In this document: one piece after another, positions 1 to 14,888 of the stretch
Numbering within the stretch: the first letter of the stretch is position 1
How the letters are laid out: each line of letters begins with the position of its first letter
Source: the human T2T-CHM13v2.0 reference genome, Homo sapiens
Direction: 5' to 3' (one strand)
DNA: 64,000 nucleotides
Assembly (NCBI RefSeq): GCF_009914755.1
Contig: NC_060937.1
The notes under the pieces: model-generated
Told to the model about the DNA's origin: nothing
Database searches by the model: none
The model's input: only the letters and a program-made list of their open reading frames with translations
Position numbers and translations under genes: made by a program

Positions 1-140
1 GGCTGAAGCGGGACAATTGCTTGAGCTGGGGTGGTGGAGGTTGCAGTGAGCCGAGATCGCGCCACTGCACTCCAGCCTGGGTGACACACCAAGACTCTGT
101 CTCAAAGACAAAACAAAACAAAACAACAACAACAACAGAA
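1..140 (+). mobile_element. Alu, 3' part of right monomer with A-rich tail (cut by window edge)
   Basis: ggaggttgcagtgagccgagatcgcgccactgcactccagcctggg...ctctgtctcaaa followed by an (aaaac)n/(aac)n tail. Confidence 0.95.
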
Positions 141-1768
141 TAACTGCTGCATATATCCCCCTTACGAAGCAATGTGAAAATGTCTTTAGGATGTTATGCA
201 ATAGTAGAGTTACACACAAGTATATCAAATCACCCTCCTCAATGACTATAATAGGCTATATCCATTCTGTTACATATATGTAAGTCCAGTGAAGCTTATA
301 AATATTTAGTAATTATAAAATTGGTAAATCAGAGTTTAAATAAAATAATAAATTATATATTATATCAAATATCTTCATGTATAAACTACTGTTTGGCTTA
401 AAGATGTGATCATGCAGCAGTACTCAAGTCTTGAAACACAAATGACATATATTTGATACCCATTTGATACATGTTTTTATTAAAGACACATACATATTCA
501 TAACAAATGCATGCAAAGTCAGAAAAAAGTGTAAATCACATGTATGAGATTTTGTAGAAAAAAATCCTAGGAAAATACATATAATATGTTCTATATCACA
601 TTTCAAGTAAGTGTGTTTGTGTGTATTTGTTTAGTTTTAAATTTATACATGAATATATATATATATATTTTAAGGCGTCTGCTTCCATCAAATTTACTGT
701 ATGAAATATAATTTATATTTTTAACTTAGCACTCTTGGAATAAGCATGCTTTTATACTAAAAAATAAAATTGAAGGAAAAATAAATAATTTTCTAAATGA
801 ATTGGAACATTATTAGTAGGATTTGCCAAACTAATAAGATGTTGTATGTAGCTATCTTTTGGAAAAGTCAACTAGAAACACAAATAGAAATTAATATGAG
901 ACACTTCTATTGGGAATTGCAAGCATGTATTATATCCAGTGGGAAAGTGAGAGAAAGAAAAATACTTGAAAGAACTTTGAAAAATGAGGATACCTGACTA
1001 ATAAAACGTATTTTCTTTCTGTCAATCCTTCTCAATTATTGCGGTAAAACTTGAATTATTCAGGTAGAATTTATTCCTATCACAATTCTATTTTCAACTA
1101 GCAAGGTTAATATGAGAAACAGGAAATAATTGAATGCCTCCATTTATTAATTTTTATTTGGTAGTCTAACTTGCTAGGTTTGCAAAGTGTTCAGACTGAG
1201 TGCTATATATCAATTTAAGAATGCTCCCTGGATTCTTTTCCAGTGCATTTATAGTGCCAAGGATGCATTGATCAAATGCACAAACCAATAAAGTTACTTT
1301 AAAAGAATATCATTAATCCAGAGTTGTGACATGATAAAGTTCCAGGCAAAAAGAGAAAGAATTACTCTGTTATGTATTTTTAAAAGATGATTTATGAAAT
1401 AAGTCAAATGATGCTACACTAGGAATAAATATTTTTAAAAGAAATGCTTTCTCACTTTAATTTTAATGGCTTTTTGAGGCCCCAAACCAATTATCGTTTA
1501 AGTAAAAAATCATTATATAATATAAAATATAGAACCAATGAGATAAAAAAATACTCATAAAACCACTACACCAACAGAATTACTTAGCAGAGTGAATAAT
1601 TATTACTGTTTTTTCCCATCTCACAGAGATGCAATCACAGAAAATAAAATTGTGTGTACTTTGTTTGTGTGCTTTGGGTTTATATAGACTTATATGTAGT
1701 TTCCATGTTGCCACATAGTCTTTATTGACTTCAATTTAAATGGATACAGACACAAGCTAAAGTAAATA

Positions 1769-3054
1769 CAAGGGGACTTCAAAAAGTGTGTGGAAAATGG
1801 AATTAAAAGATAAAATAAAAATACAAACTTTATTTATTAACATAAACTCCATCAAGTTCAAGACACATTTTAAGCAATAATGTTAGTCATTTAGTTCATT
1901 CCTTAAGAATTGAAGGTCCTGGGAATTTGGCCATGTCAATGCAGTCTTTTCTGCGTTATTGCCCAAAGATAAATGGACAGCCTTTAAATATATATTTTTA
2001 AGATTAGGAAACAAAAAGAAGTCATAAGGAGCCAAATCAGGACTATAAAGTGGATGCCTAATAATTTCCCCTGGAAACTCACACAAAATTGCCCTTGCTT
2101 GATGAGAAGAATGAGCTTGAGTATTGCCATGGTGGAGAATGACTCTCTGGTGAAGGTTTCCTGGGTGTTTTTTCACTGAAACTATGGCTAACTTTCCCCA
2201 AAACACTTTCATAATAAGCAGATGTGATCATTCTTTTGCCCTTCAGAAAGTCAACAAGCAAAATGCTTTGAGCATCCCAAAAACCTATTGCCATAATCTT
2301 TGTTATTGACCAGTCACTTTTGCTTTGACTGTGTCATTCCCACCTCTTGCAGGCATTGCTTTCATCATGCTTTGTCTTCAGGATCATTCTGATAAAGACA
2401 TGTTTCATCTCCTGTTACAATTCTTTGAAGAAATGCTTTAGAATCTTGATTCTGCCTGTGTAAAATTTCCATTGAAAGTTCTACTTTTTTCTGGAGCTAA
2501 TGTGGGCACAACAGTTTTGGCACCCATCAAGAGAAAAGTTGGGCCAACTTTAATTTTTCAATCAGAATTGTGTAAGCTGAATTGATTGAGAATTGTTTGG
2601 TGTTGGCTATTGTTTCTGCTATTAATTGTTGGTCCATTTCCATTAGAGAACAAAGAAGATAAACTTTTTTCCCCGCAAATTGCTGTGGATGGTCGCCACT
2701 GCAGGCTTCAACCTCAATGTTGTCTTGTCCCTTCTTAAAATGAGTTATTCATTTGTAAGCTGCTGATTTCTTTGGGACATTGTTCCCATAGGAAACTTTT
2801 CATAAAACATCAATAATTTGATCATTCTTCCATCCAAGCTTCAGCATAAATTTGATGTTTGTTCTTGTTTCAATGTTAGTTGCGTTAGTATTTTCTTATA
2901 GGGGCTCTTATCCTTCTTAATACCTCAAACTAGATCCCAATTCAGACATGTAATAAGAAGTTAGTGTGACTTTATTTTGGTGCAAAAAGATTTGAAATCC
3001 ATGCATTGTGTTTTTCATAATACGAATTTTACAGAACTTTATGAAGATCAGTGG
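1769..3054 (-). mobile_element. Full-length HSMAR2 mariner DNA transposon, inactive
   Basis: Degenerate TIRs (caaggggacttcaaaaagtgtgtggaaaatg at 1769; inverse copy ending 3054), each flanked by TA; length ~1.29 kb. Minus-strand ORF pieces 2079-2294 (FWDAQSILLVDFL) and 1883-2212 (HPLYSPDLAPYDFFLFPNLK) are mariner transposase motifs. The frame is broken and the HDN motif reads HGN. Confidence 0.92.
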
Positions 3055-3885
3055 TATACTATGACCCATTGATCCATTGTCCTGTTATTGGATGTTTGAA
3101 TGTGTTTGCAATTATGGGTAACATCATTTAAAACGTCTTCTTTATTTTAATGTGCTATTTTCCAAATCACGTTTTATATATTATTAAATTTGAATTTAAT
3201 ATTGAACAAAATTGTATAAATAGTTTTTTAAGGCAATATTGCCGTATGTTTCCAAAATTGGATGCTTCCGTTTAAAAGCTTTATTAAGGCACACTTAATT
3301 TCTACTTTACTTCCTTAGCATTTTTTAATCAATGATATTAAACTTATTTTATCAATAAGTTGTTTAGTAATGGTACTTATTACTCTGTTCATTCTTAAAA
3401 TTATTTTTTGTGTTACAATTAAACTACTACCTTATTTTGTGATAAACTAATTATGTGAAACAATTCAAAATATACCAACCTATTATAATTTACTCAGTTG
3501 TGTTCTTTTTATCCTCAATATAAGTAGTGCCGATGTTTTTTAAAATTTAAAACATAATATTTGCTGCCTAAACGTAACATTTTATAATAATATTCACTCT
3601 ATATAAATAAAAAGAGACTATGATACATTATTAGCTATAATTTCCCACCAATAATATCTTCATTGTTAATGTGATATCTGGATCAGTCTGACAGAATTAT
3701 ATCTGGTTTGAAATATAAACCTTTGTATTTTCTTCACAGATGTAAGTAAAGCTTTAAAAAATTGTTTGATTTCTGGCTACATAATGTTTCTTTTATGTGA
3801 TTGAAAAATTCAGGTTGAAGTACTTTATATTCACTGAATGCGCATGCCACAATGTCTTATTTTTTCTCCTTGCTGACATCAAATT

Positions 3886-4210
<325 letters not shown>

Positions 4211-4384
4211 GACATCAAATTATTTTTAAGCATACTTACTTACATGAAGAAGGGAGAGAGAAGTGAGTGTCCTGAGCTGCAAACAACTTTTAAAATATAG
4301 AAAATGCCAGAAATATTTGATCAAAATGTGTTGATCATCAGACTTATAAAATTGTTTTTCTGAAAAATATATTTTAATTACTTC

Positions 4385-4541
4385 AGTGTTCATTTATTCA
4401 ACAAGTACTTATTGCGTCTGTACTATATGTCAGGTATTGCTAAGACATAAGACAAGTAATTGCCCTCATGGAGCTTACATGAATGAGACAGATATGAAAT
4501 AAACTAATGATGTAGACAGTAACAGATAATAGAAACTGAAG

Positions 4542-4575
<34 letters not shown>

Positions 4576-4640
4576 TGGGGGATAGGAATCAGAGAATAAT
4601 TTCACATATGTGGTTGTTGAAAGCTTCCCTATGGAGATGA
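4385..4640 (-). mobile_element. Degenerate L2 3' fragment, interrupted by (TG)n
   Basis: cattattcaacaagtacttattgcgtctgtactatatgtcaggtattgct and ccctcatggagcttaca resemble the antisense L2 3' end. Confidence 0.55.
4544..4572. repeat. (TG)n microsatellite
   Basis: Direct reading. Confidence 0.95.
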
Positions 4641-5713
4641 CATTTATAAGCAATACTTGTCAGAACTCTTATGTACAGTTAGCAGATGGTAACATTTAAG
4701 TCCCACACAATGCTGAAGCATGCCATTCATAATGGAGTGGCTGGCATCTTGGCTATGAATAACCTGTGCCAGAAATTTTTAGAGAATCCTTGGGGTGTGC
4801 AATGTATGGGTTGATTATGTACTTTTCCTTTTATAGATTCTGAAGCTTAGGGAAAAAGAGAAAGAGGGCATGCAAACGAGGGTCAGGTTACCTTCATTTG
4901 GTGTACAAGACAAGAAATTCCTTCACTTAATACTCCAAACTCATAACAGCATCTGACCTAATTCTGAGTCTATTTTTTTCAGTATTATAGAAAGAATGGT
5001 CTCTCCGGTGCTGTTTACAAGCACAAACTCTCTGTTCTCTTCTAGACGCAGTTTCACACAATATTATTTCTTTCTCCTGTGTTATAATTCTCTCCCTTTG
5101 TATCACATACTTTTTACAAAACCAAATAAACTGTCATAATCTTGCGTGAATAATTTGCCTAGCTGTTGTCCTATCTTTTCTGTCCCTTTACATAAGGTTT
5201 TTCTGTCCCTCTATACATTTTCCTGGGAATTACAAGATAAACACAATTTTAAGCTTTTTCAATTGTGAATATTCCTCCCATAGTTTCTTTTTACACTTGG
5301 ACTTCCTGACAGAGAAAAATATCATTTTTAGGAATGAGTCTGATGATCATATCATTTTAGCAATCTTTCCTTCTATCAACATTAAATTTTATTCACGCAG
5401 TGTTAGACACCTCTTTATTTGTACTATTGACCTTAAGTTACTTGATAAATGCGTCTTATTCAATTTATTGTTCACACTACTAAGCCTAGAACATGTATAT
5501 AATGGGAGTTCCATAAATATTTATTCGATGATAGATTGCTTAAATGAATGAATGAATAAATGTTAATTGGCTAGATATTAGCCATACAGCCTAATAATCA
5601 TTTAATTCAATCCAACAATTGAGAACCTACCATCTGTGAGGCACTCTGATATGACCTGCTAGTACAAAGGCAAACAAATGAAGAACCTTATGACGGCTTT
5701 TCTCATTATTTTA

Positions 5714-6086
<373 letters not shown>

Positions 6087-7954
6087 TTACCTAGCACCAC
6101 AGAGGACAGAGTAATGTATTTAACTGAAATGGTTAAATAGGGTCTTTTGGAGTAAATGATGTTTGCAAAATATCTTAGAGAAGTAGACATTCTCCAGGCA
6201 GATTAAGATCAAAGTCATATAGACAGAAAAAAAGAACTTGTTAAAAAATGATGAATAAAACAATTGTATAGAAAGTAAGAGGGCATTAGAGTCAGATGAT
6301 TCCAGAAATAAATTATTAGTATAAGTTATTGATATTTTCTTGGGGATAAGTGGGCTTTATTGAAAAGTGACTTGGTCACATGTACATATTTTTAAAAAGG
6401 GATTATTCTGAGAGCAATGTGGAAGGAGAAGGATTAGAAATTAGAGAAAGTGAAGAATTAGAAATAATTTACTATTTATCAGGCATTCTGCTAAAATTTT
6501 TAATTTATTACTTTGCATTTAACCCTAGTAGTTAAAATGTAACTTAATTTTACAGATGAGTAATATGGACGATAAAAAAAGTACCAAAAACATACAGGAA
6601 GTTCGTGGAGTTTAAATTTGAACTCTGTTATTTTTATTCTGTTTTATTCTGTGAATTTAGGCTATATAATTTAAACAATGCACTATAATATTTCCCACAA
6701 AATAATCATAGACATTTAGAGAGTATCTCACATGAACTTGACACTACACTACACTTTTAAATATATTTTCTCATTTAGTGTACATGCATACTCAATTGAA
6801 AGCCATTTTTCTTATTTTGTGGATGAGCAAGCTTCAGATGTGCAAGATGGATAATACAACCAGATTTATACAAATGGTCAAATACAGAAAAAAAAGTTGT
6901 CTGATTTCTAATTCCAATGCTTATTCTACTCTAAGATATTACGGTAATTCTTATGAATTGCCGTACTAAATAGAAAGCAGAGGTCTAGAAAATAGATAAG
7001 AATTAGAAAAAGAAAGTGTGCATTTGTTTAGTAAAATCAGATTGTTATTTGGGTGAATATTAGAAAACAGGTAAGAAATAAGAAATAATAGCATGAATGG
7101 AATCAACGAAATGTAAGAGCTGTCTATGAAAAATGCACTCAAATAAAAATAAATACATTTTATCACATTTCCTTTGTGTTGTTGAAATTAGCAAGTGATG
7201 TAAAACATTGTAAATTGATGTAAAAATTGTAAAGTTGATGTAAAACTAAGCATATTTGATATAATTTTATTTTCAAAGAAGAAAACAAGACTTTCTGGTA
7301 TTTCTAGACCATTTTTCATTGATTTACTGTTTTTCAGCAAGATAGATACAAGAGTATACTTGTGACCAACCCATATGACTATTGAAACATAAACCATTCT
7401 GCTCAATTAATTGCATTTTCTTAAAAGAAAAGACATATAAAATGGATTTAAGAGAGAAATTTCAACTTCTAGCTAAGCTAGTGGCATTTCCCACAACACC
7501 AGTGAAAATTCAAATATTTATATGCCTGTTAACAAGAACAAAAGCTCTGCATATTATCGATGTAACTCTTAGTTGTAGTTTTCTATGATTGATAATTAAA
7601 ATAATTTTACAACTTTGGTGCTTAATCATATTATATGTATTTGACATTTCATATATGAAAAGCTTGACTAACAGCAATTAGTGGAAGTCAATTTAATAAT
7701 TATAAGTTATTTATAAGTGTCAAATCCCAAATGTAAAAATGAATAAATTATGAGTGTACAAGCAAGTTAAATAAGTCTTTAATTTTGACATGATCAATAT
7801 ATTGAAGCTTTAAAAATTTTTGTCTGAATATTTATAAATAGTGTCCCAGGAGCAAAGTAAATCAGGTTTCAGAAGAAGGGCATGTTACCATATGAGTGGT
7901 AATTTTGAATTAAATTGAATGTCATAGTCCACTGTTCCACCACGTGTTCCCACG

Positions 7955-8335
7955 TGAATATAGACACAAAATTCATCAACAATACACTAGCAAACAGAAT
8001 CCAGCAATATATAAAATGACTTATATTCTCTGAACGATTGAGACTTATCTAAGGAATGCAATGTTGGATTAATATCTGATAATCAATTACTGTAATACCA
8101 TACCATAATAATTGAAAACAAGACAAAAAGCACATAACAATCTCAGGAGACACAAGAAAAAATCATTTGACTAAATCCATTCCCCTCTTATGATAAAGAC
8201 CACTCAACACACTAGGAATAGAATGAAATTTCCTCAATATGATAAAAAGCCTCTGCAAAAACTCACAGGTTGCATAATCTTAATGGTGAAAGACTAAATG
8301 TTTTGCCCTAAGTTCAGGATCAAACAAGGATGTCT
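7955..8335 (+). mobile_element. Old L1M ORF2 fragment, truncated at the inverted-repeat boundary
   Basis: tagcaaacagaatccagcaatatataaa, aaatcatttgactaaatcc, ttaatggtgaaagactaaatg and caaggatgt are L1 RT-region motifs; similarity stops at ~8335. Confidence 0.75.
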
Positions 8336-8784
8336 AATTGTATATTTACTGAGACCTGGTATTCTCAAATAGGCATCCTGTTTGTCTGCTGGCATTAGGT
8401 CTTATCCATGCAAACTTCATTGCTCTGATCTTTATGCCCAAAGAGATTAGCTCATATCTATAGGCCACAAAATTGGTGTTACCCAGGCTTAAAATACCTG
8501 ATGATGATGAATGCCTTTGCAGAAATGCCTTCTCAGAAAAGAGATGAATGTCTTCTTAGAAAAGAGAGTAGTGTTCAGGGAAAACAGAGCTTGAAGAAAA
8601 TAGAGAAAAATAAAGTATTTCATAAATGTGAGACTAAGATAAGCTCATGTGCTCTTCTCTATTCCTGTCCAATGAGAATTCTTGTAGAAAATTAGAAAAA
8701 GAAGACCAAAGAAAGTATTTGCTTTCTCTGGAGTTAAAATTTTTAACAAATAACTGGACCTACTAAATTTCTCTTAAATATTCT

Positions 8785-10270
8785 TTTTTAAATTTATTTT
8801 TTAACTTTTATTCTAAGTTCAGGGGTAAATGTGCAGATTTATTACATAGGTAAACTTGTGTCACAGGTTTGTTGTACAGATTAGTTTTTGTCACTCAGGT
8901 ATTAAGCCTAGTGCTCATGAGTTATTTTTCCAAATCCTCTCCCTCCCTCCATCCTCTGACAGCTTCTAGAGTCTGATGTTCCCCTCTATTTGTCCATGTG
9001 TCCTCATCATTTAGCTCCACTTATAAGTGAGAACTTCTGGTATTTGGTTTTCTGTTGCTGCGTTAGTTTTCTAAGGACAGTGACCTCCAGCTCCATCCAT
9101 ATTCCTTCAAAGGACATAATCTTGTTTTTGTTTTTTATGGATGCAGAGTATTCCATGGTGTATATACACAACATTTTCTATATCTGATCTGTTATTGCTG
9201 GACATTTAGGTTGATGCTATGTCTTTGCTGTCACGAGTAGTGCTGCAATGAGCATACGTGTGCATGTATCTTTATGATAGAACAATTTATTTTCCTTTGG
9301 GTGTATACCCAGTAATGGGATTGCTGGGCTGAATGGTAGTTCTGTTCTTAGGTCTCCAAGGAATTGCCACACCATTTGCCACAATGGTTGAACTAATTTA
9401 CACTCCCACCAACAGTACCATTTGGCACAATGGTTGAACTAATTTACACTCTCACCAACAGTGTATAAGTGTTTCTTTTTCTCTGCAAACTTGTCAGCCC
9501 TTGTTATTTTTTGACTTTTTAATAATAGCCATTCTTACTGGTGTGAGAAGGTATCTCCTTACAATGCAGAAGATATTGGGTGCCAATATCCAATATTTTC
9601 AAATTGAAGAAATTGCAACCCAAAATTTCATATCCAGCCAAACTAAGCTTAATAAGAAAAGGAGAAATAAGATCCTTTTCAGACAAGGAAATGCTGAGAG
9701 AATTTGCTATCATTTAACCTGCCTTACAGCACCTTTGGAGAGAAGCACTAAATATGGAAGTGGAAGACCATTACCAGCCACTACAAAAACACACTTATGT
9801 TCACAAACCAGTGACAATATGAAGCAATCATATAAACCAATCTGCATAGTAAATAGCTTACATTATGATAACAGGATCAAATCCACACGTATCAATATAA
9901 CCTTGAATGTAAACAAGCTAAATGCCCCAATTCGAAGGTACATATTTGCAAGTTTGATAATGAAGCAAGACCCAGTGGTATGCTGTCTTCAACAGACCTA
10001 TCTCACATGCAGTGACACCCATAAGTTCAAAATAAAGAGATGAAGAAAAATCTACCAAGCAAATGGAAAACAGAAAAAAACAGGGATTGCAATTCTAATT
10101 TCAGACAAAATAGACTTTAGCAAAGATAAAAAAAGATAAAGAAGGGCATTACATACTGGTAAAGGGTTCAATTCAACAAGAAGACCTAACTATCTTAAAT
10201 ATATATGCAGCCAACACAGGAGCACCCAAATTCATAAAGCAAGTTATTAGAAACATTCAAAGAGATTCAA
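8785..10270 (-). mobile_element. Older L1PA element with inverted 5' segment (3' end on minus strand 8785-~9560; ORF1 end/ORF2 endonuclease on plus strand ~9560-10270)
   Basis: T-rich tail then antisense L1PA 3' UTR; ORF 9501-10043 contains ITLNVNKLNAPIRR and QDPVVCCLQQTYLTCSDTHKFKIK (L1 ORF2 endonuclease N-terminus); degenerate TSD ttaaatattcttt / tcaaatagtcttt. Confidence 0.85.
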
Positions 10271-10504
10271 ATAGTCTTTGAATACTCTGGAGGAAGTGAA
10301 GAAAGAGGGATCGTGATTTAGTATTTTTGAATAAACTTGATTTGATTTTCTATCTTTTTGACACACACCTTTAAATAAAAGCTTGTTAAATAAAACTGCA
10401 CTTGTACAACTTAAAGATAAACTGAGGTATGCCAAACATGATCTTGATTCAGGTAATAGTATATTTTTCTCCTTTATGTTAATATTTAATTAATTAATTA
10501 CTTA

Positions 10505-10585
10505 CTTTTTTAGAGACAGGGTCTCACTCTGTTGCCCAGGCTGGAGTGCAGTGGAGGAATCCTCGCCCACTGCATCCTTGAGCTC
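10505..10585 (-). mobile_element. Alu/FLAM monomer fragment
   Basis: ttttttagagacagggtctcactctgttgcccaggctggagtgcagtgg. Confidence 0.85.
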
Positions 10586-10726
10586 CCACATAGCTTCATG
10601 GTAATATTCATACTATTTTTTCAATACTGTTTTTCTATTCTCTCTATTACCTGTGAGTTTTCATATCACAGATTTTTGGAATCAGATAAAATGGGGAGGG
10701 AAAATAAGTTATGCTCCCTGAGCCTA

Positions 10727-11311
10727 TGTCAGTGGTCCCTAAGACTTATCCCAGGACTGGCAATTTGCTAGGAAGGCTCAATGAACTCAGCATATAGTTA
10801 TATTCATGTCTATTATTCAATGCAGCAAAAAGATACAAAGATAAATCCACAAAAGTAAAAGGTGAATGCAGCAAACTTTACAAGAAACTAGGTACAAGTA
10901 TCCAAAAGTCCTCTCACAGTGGAGTCACACAGGCCTATATCCTCCAACAATGAGTTATGACAATATATATGAAATATTGTCTTATCAATATTTTATGAGT
11001 TCATTCATTAGCATATTCTAATTAGCTCATTAGAGACTCGGTGCCCAGGGTTTTTACTGGGGTTGGTCACGTAGGCACTTTTTGCTTTGTATATGTCAAA
11101 ATTCTTGGTTCTCAGAAGGTAAGTAGGTATTCGGCATAAACCATACTGTTTGCAAAAAAAGTTTAGGTATAATAGTTTCTCTTATAAATTTTGGGAATGG
11201 TAGGAACTCTACTGTAATCCATGTTCCCAGATCAGCTAACAGACAACCATAAGAGCAGTCCTTTCTAAGGATATCAGTCTCCAAACTACTACATTAACTC
11301 TTTTCTGCGCA
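10727..11311 (-). mobile_element. MER21-family LTR
   Basis: Reverse complement begins tgcgcagaaaagagttaatgtag...gagactgatatccttagaaagg, matching the recalled MER21 start. Confidence 0.7.
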
Positions 11312-11548
11312 ATCTTTATTTGAAAATTAGAATAAATGCTTATGTTAGAATACAGTTTATTATAAATAATACAAACATAGCATGCCTGTGGCAGGGTTAC
11401 TTATATAATGCTGTGTTTACTATTTTTATATTTTTTATTCATATATGTCATTTCCCTGTGTATATTCACCAACAAGAATTGAAGAAAAGTCAACTGTTTA
11501 TTCTTTTCCTTCAGTTAATTCTTACATCCAATTCATGGATTAGTACTT

Positions 11549-11938
11549 TGTTATCAGTCATTTCAGACTGTCATAACAAAATATTGTAGTCTGAGTTGCT
11601 TACATGGTAGCAATTTATTTTCTTACAGTTGTGGAGGCTAGAAGTCTGAAACCTGGATGTCTGGATGTCAGCATAGTCAGGTTCTGCCTCTCTTTCTGGC
11701 TTATAGACTGCTGCTGCCTTTTCACTGGGTGCTCACACGACTTCCTTTTTGTGCATGCAAAGAAGGCAAGCTATATGTAGTCTATGCTTGAAAGGACACT
11801 GACACAATTATAAGGGCTCCATCCTTGTGTCCTCATCTGCTCTAACCTCCAGAGGCTTTATATCCAAATTCTGTCACACTGAGGGTTAGGGCTTCAACAT
11901 ATGAGTTTGGGGGAGGGGCAATCATTCAGTTTATAATA
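11549..11938 (-). mobile_element. MLT1A/B-type MaLR LTR
   Basis: aatttattttcttacagttgtggaggctagaagtc; gagggttagggcttcaacatatgagtttggggg. Confidence 0.8.
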
Positions 11939-13326
11939 GTTTAATTTTTCTAACTTTATATTGAATCAGTTGATTAACAAAATCATTAACTTGTCTGGGA
12001 TCATACTGAGAGTATCCTTTTTCTAAATTCCTGTCATCTTGTTATTGTTATGCCATTAAAACCTTTGAGAAATATATTATAATTGAACATATATAAAAAG
12101 TTAGAAAAACAATACAGGATAATAGAGAGTGGAAGGTAAATACGTTGTTTAAGCAAAATTAACAGAGCTAGCTATTGTCAGAAAGTGATTTCCAAAGTAA
12201 AAGAAAGCTTTTCTTAAACTCCAGATGTTGAATTTGAAGATCTAATGCAAGTCTCACAAATTAATATTGATGTGAAACCTACGGCAGTCACTTAACCTCT
12301 TTAAATGTCATTGTTGTTACCTGTTAAATTGAAATAATAATTAGACTCGCATCACCTTTGAAGTCCCAATTACCCATGCCTTTACTTTCTAATTGTTTTA
12401 GAGTTTCACTTGTGTGTGTTTGGGGGGAGGGTAAAATTCTGGTTTATTTCTGTTAACATCTCCCTCTGCAGCTCTGTAGACATTTCATTTTCTGCTTGCC
12501 CCATTCTCCTAAATTATTTACTTTGCTGCAACCACTTTAAAGCTTTTACAATTATGTTGAAATATTCTACCAATGTTTACTAACATTCTTATCTTTGTAG
12601 GCTTCTAATTAAAAAAATTCTCTCATTGTACTAATAAAAATTGGTGAATAAAACGCTTTCTATTAAAACCTTTGCTGTTTAATAGCAAAGAGAAGAAACA
12701 CACGTAAACAATATTTGAAATTGAAGTGACTTTATATCATATGTTATGTACATTAATATGACAAGGAAATTACAAAAAAAAAGTCAGATTGAGATTCCAG
12801 ATATGTGATTTTGTTCTAGAGAAAACAGAATTTGAAACAAATGGGATGTTTATGCTATTCTGGTACAGCACTAAGTTTTATATGGGCCTAAGGTATAGAG
12901 CATAAGTTAAGGAATAAATGAGAGGCCCATTGGAGGAATGATGAGTATTTAATTTTGGTATAAAAAGTTGTAGAAATGGAAGACAAAACTGGAAATTTAC
13001 TTACAAATTTTATAGTTCTCTCACATATTTACTGTATTTACCATTATTGAGAACTAGGTTAAACAAAATGCACAGATTCTATGAATTGCAACCCATTCAG
13101 TTTTCATGCTCATGATATGGCCTTAGATTTCAAATGTCAAAACAGAAAAGCATTATTATGTTTATTCAAAATGTACATTTATTTTCATGTCAGGTTTACT
13201 ATCTTGAAAAAAAAAAACGGCTATGATTATTTCCTTCTCTATATCCAAACCCCTTTCCATGTGACTTAGCAGATTCTCCTAAGAAATGTGGTGAACTTTC
13301 TCACCCTTTCATAAGGGCTGGCCTTG

Positions 13327-13904
13327 TGTGATGGTTAATATTAAATGGCAACTTAATGCGATTGTAGGATGCAAAGTATTGTCTCTGGGTATATGTGGGT
13401 GTTTCTGGGTGTTGCCAGAAGAGATTAAGATTTGAGTCAGTGGACTAGGAGAGGAAGACCCATCCTCAGGAAGACCCATCTACAGTGTGGGTGGGCACCA
13501 TCCAATTAGCTGCCAGACTGGCTAGGAAAAGGCAGAAGAAGGTGGAAGAAGCTGACTTGCTGAGTCTTCCAGCCTTCATCTTTCTCCCATGCTGGATGCT
13601 TCCTGCCCTCAAACATCTGACTTCAAGTTCTTTGGCTTTTGGACCCTTGGACTTACACCAGTGATTTGCCAGGGGCTCTCAGGCCTTTGGCCACAGACTG
13701 GAGGCTGCGCTATCGGCTTCCCTGCTTTTGAGGTTTTGGGACTTGGACTGAGCCACGACTGGCTTCCTTGCTCCTCAACTTGCAGATGACCTAATGTGGA
13801 ACTTCACCTTGTGATTGTGTGAATCAAGTCTCCTTAATAAACTCCCATTCAGATATACATATATCTGATTAGTTCTATCCATCTAGAGAACCCTGACTAA
13901 TATA
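13327..13904 (+). mobile_element. MLT2A (ERV-L) solo LTR nested in an older MLT1 remnant (~13220-14290)
   Basis: Starts tgtgatggttaatatt, ends ctagagaaccctgactaatata; 5-bp TSD ccttg/cctgg; MLT1-like sequence resumes after it (gagtgtggcagaagtgac). Confidence 0.85.
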
Positions 13905-14499
13905 CCTGGGACGTGCTTCAGTCAGTAGAGTGTGGCAGAAGTGACAGGTTGTCAATTCTGAGCCTCCCTCAAGTTATCTAGTATATTTTTGCCCTTTTTC
14001 TTGGGTTTCTGAAGAGCAAGCCCAATCTAGGATGGTGGTGCATAAGAAAATATGTGAGGTAGAGCTGAGTCAACTCTTTCATCTCTACCAGGTTTCCAGA
14101 TACACAGAAAAACCTAGCCAAGATTAGCAAAGCCAATCTGCCATTGATCCTCTAACTGACCTCTAAAAATTGAGCAAAACTCTCTTAGTCATTTTCCAGC
14201 TGACCTACTGATTTGCCAGCTAAATAAATGCAGCTATTTTACGCCACAATATGTTTTGAATTGTATGTTACATAGCAATGACTGTTACATTATCAGATGG
14301 AAAGTGCTATTATTCAAAGTACATTTTTTGTACTAGTATTTCCATTACCTAATATAGGGATTGGAATGTGTATATGCACAAAATGGAAATGAAATTACAA
14401 GTACTTAATAAAATAAATGAATAAATACAACAATAAAATAAAATAAATAAAAAATTATAAGTACTTAAAAACATAAAGAAATTGTCATAAAAAATCCTT

Positions 14500-14840
14500 A
14501 AAAGATGGTTACCAGAAGCTGGGAAGGGTAGTTGGTGGGTGAGAGGAAGGAGGGGAGATGGTTAATGTGTACAAAAAATAATTTAAAAGAATAAATAAAA
14601 CCGTAGTTGATAGCACACCAAGGGCACTATAGTCAATAGTAATTTAATTTGACATTTAAAAATAACTAAAAGAGTATAATTGGATTGTTTCTAACACAAA
14701 AGTTAAATGCTTGAGGGCATAGATACCCAATTTTCCACTATGTGATTATTACACATTGCATGCCTGTACCAAAATATCTCACATACCCCATAAATATGTA
14801 CACTGACTATATACCTAAAAAATTCAAAATTAAAAAAATC
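14500..14840 (+). mobile_element. L1MA 3' end
   Basis: atggttaccagaagctgggaagggtag...gtgattattacacattgcatgcctgtaccaaaatatctc plus A-rich tail. Confidence 0.85.
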
Positions 14841-14888
14841 TAATTAGAAATTGCTTAAAGATATTAATGAAACAGCAAACAAAGGGTT

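Noticed and set aside
9501-10043. 180-aa ORF, also at 59394-59936
   Set aside because: Chance read-through of the L1 inversion junction with mixed frames; duplicated only because it lies in the arm.
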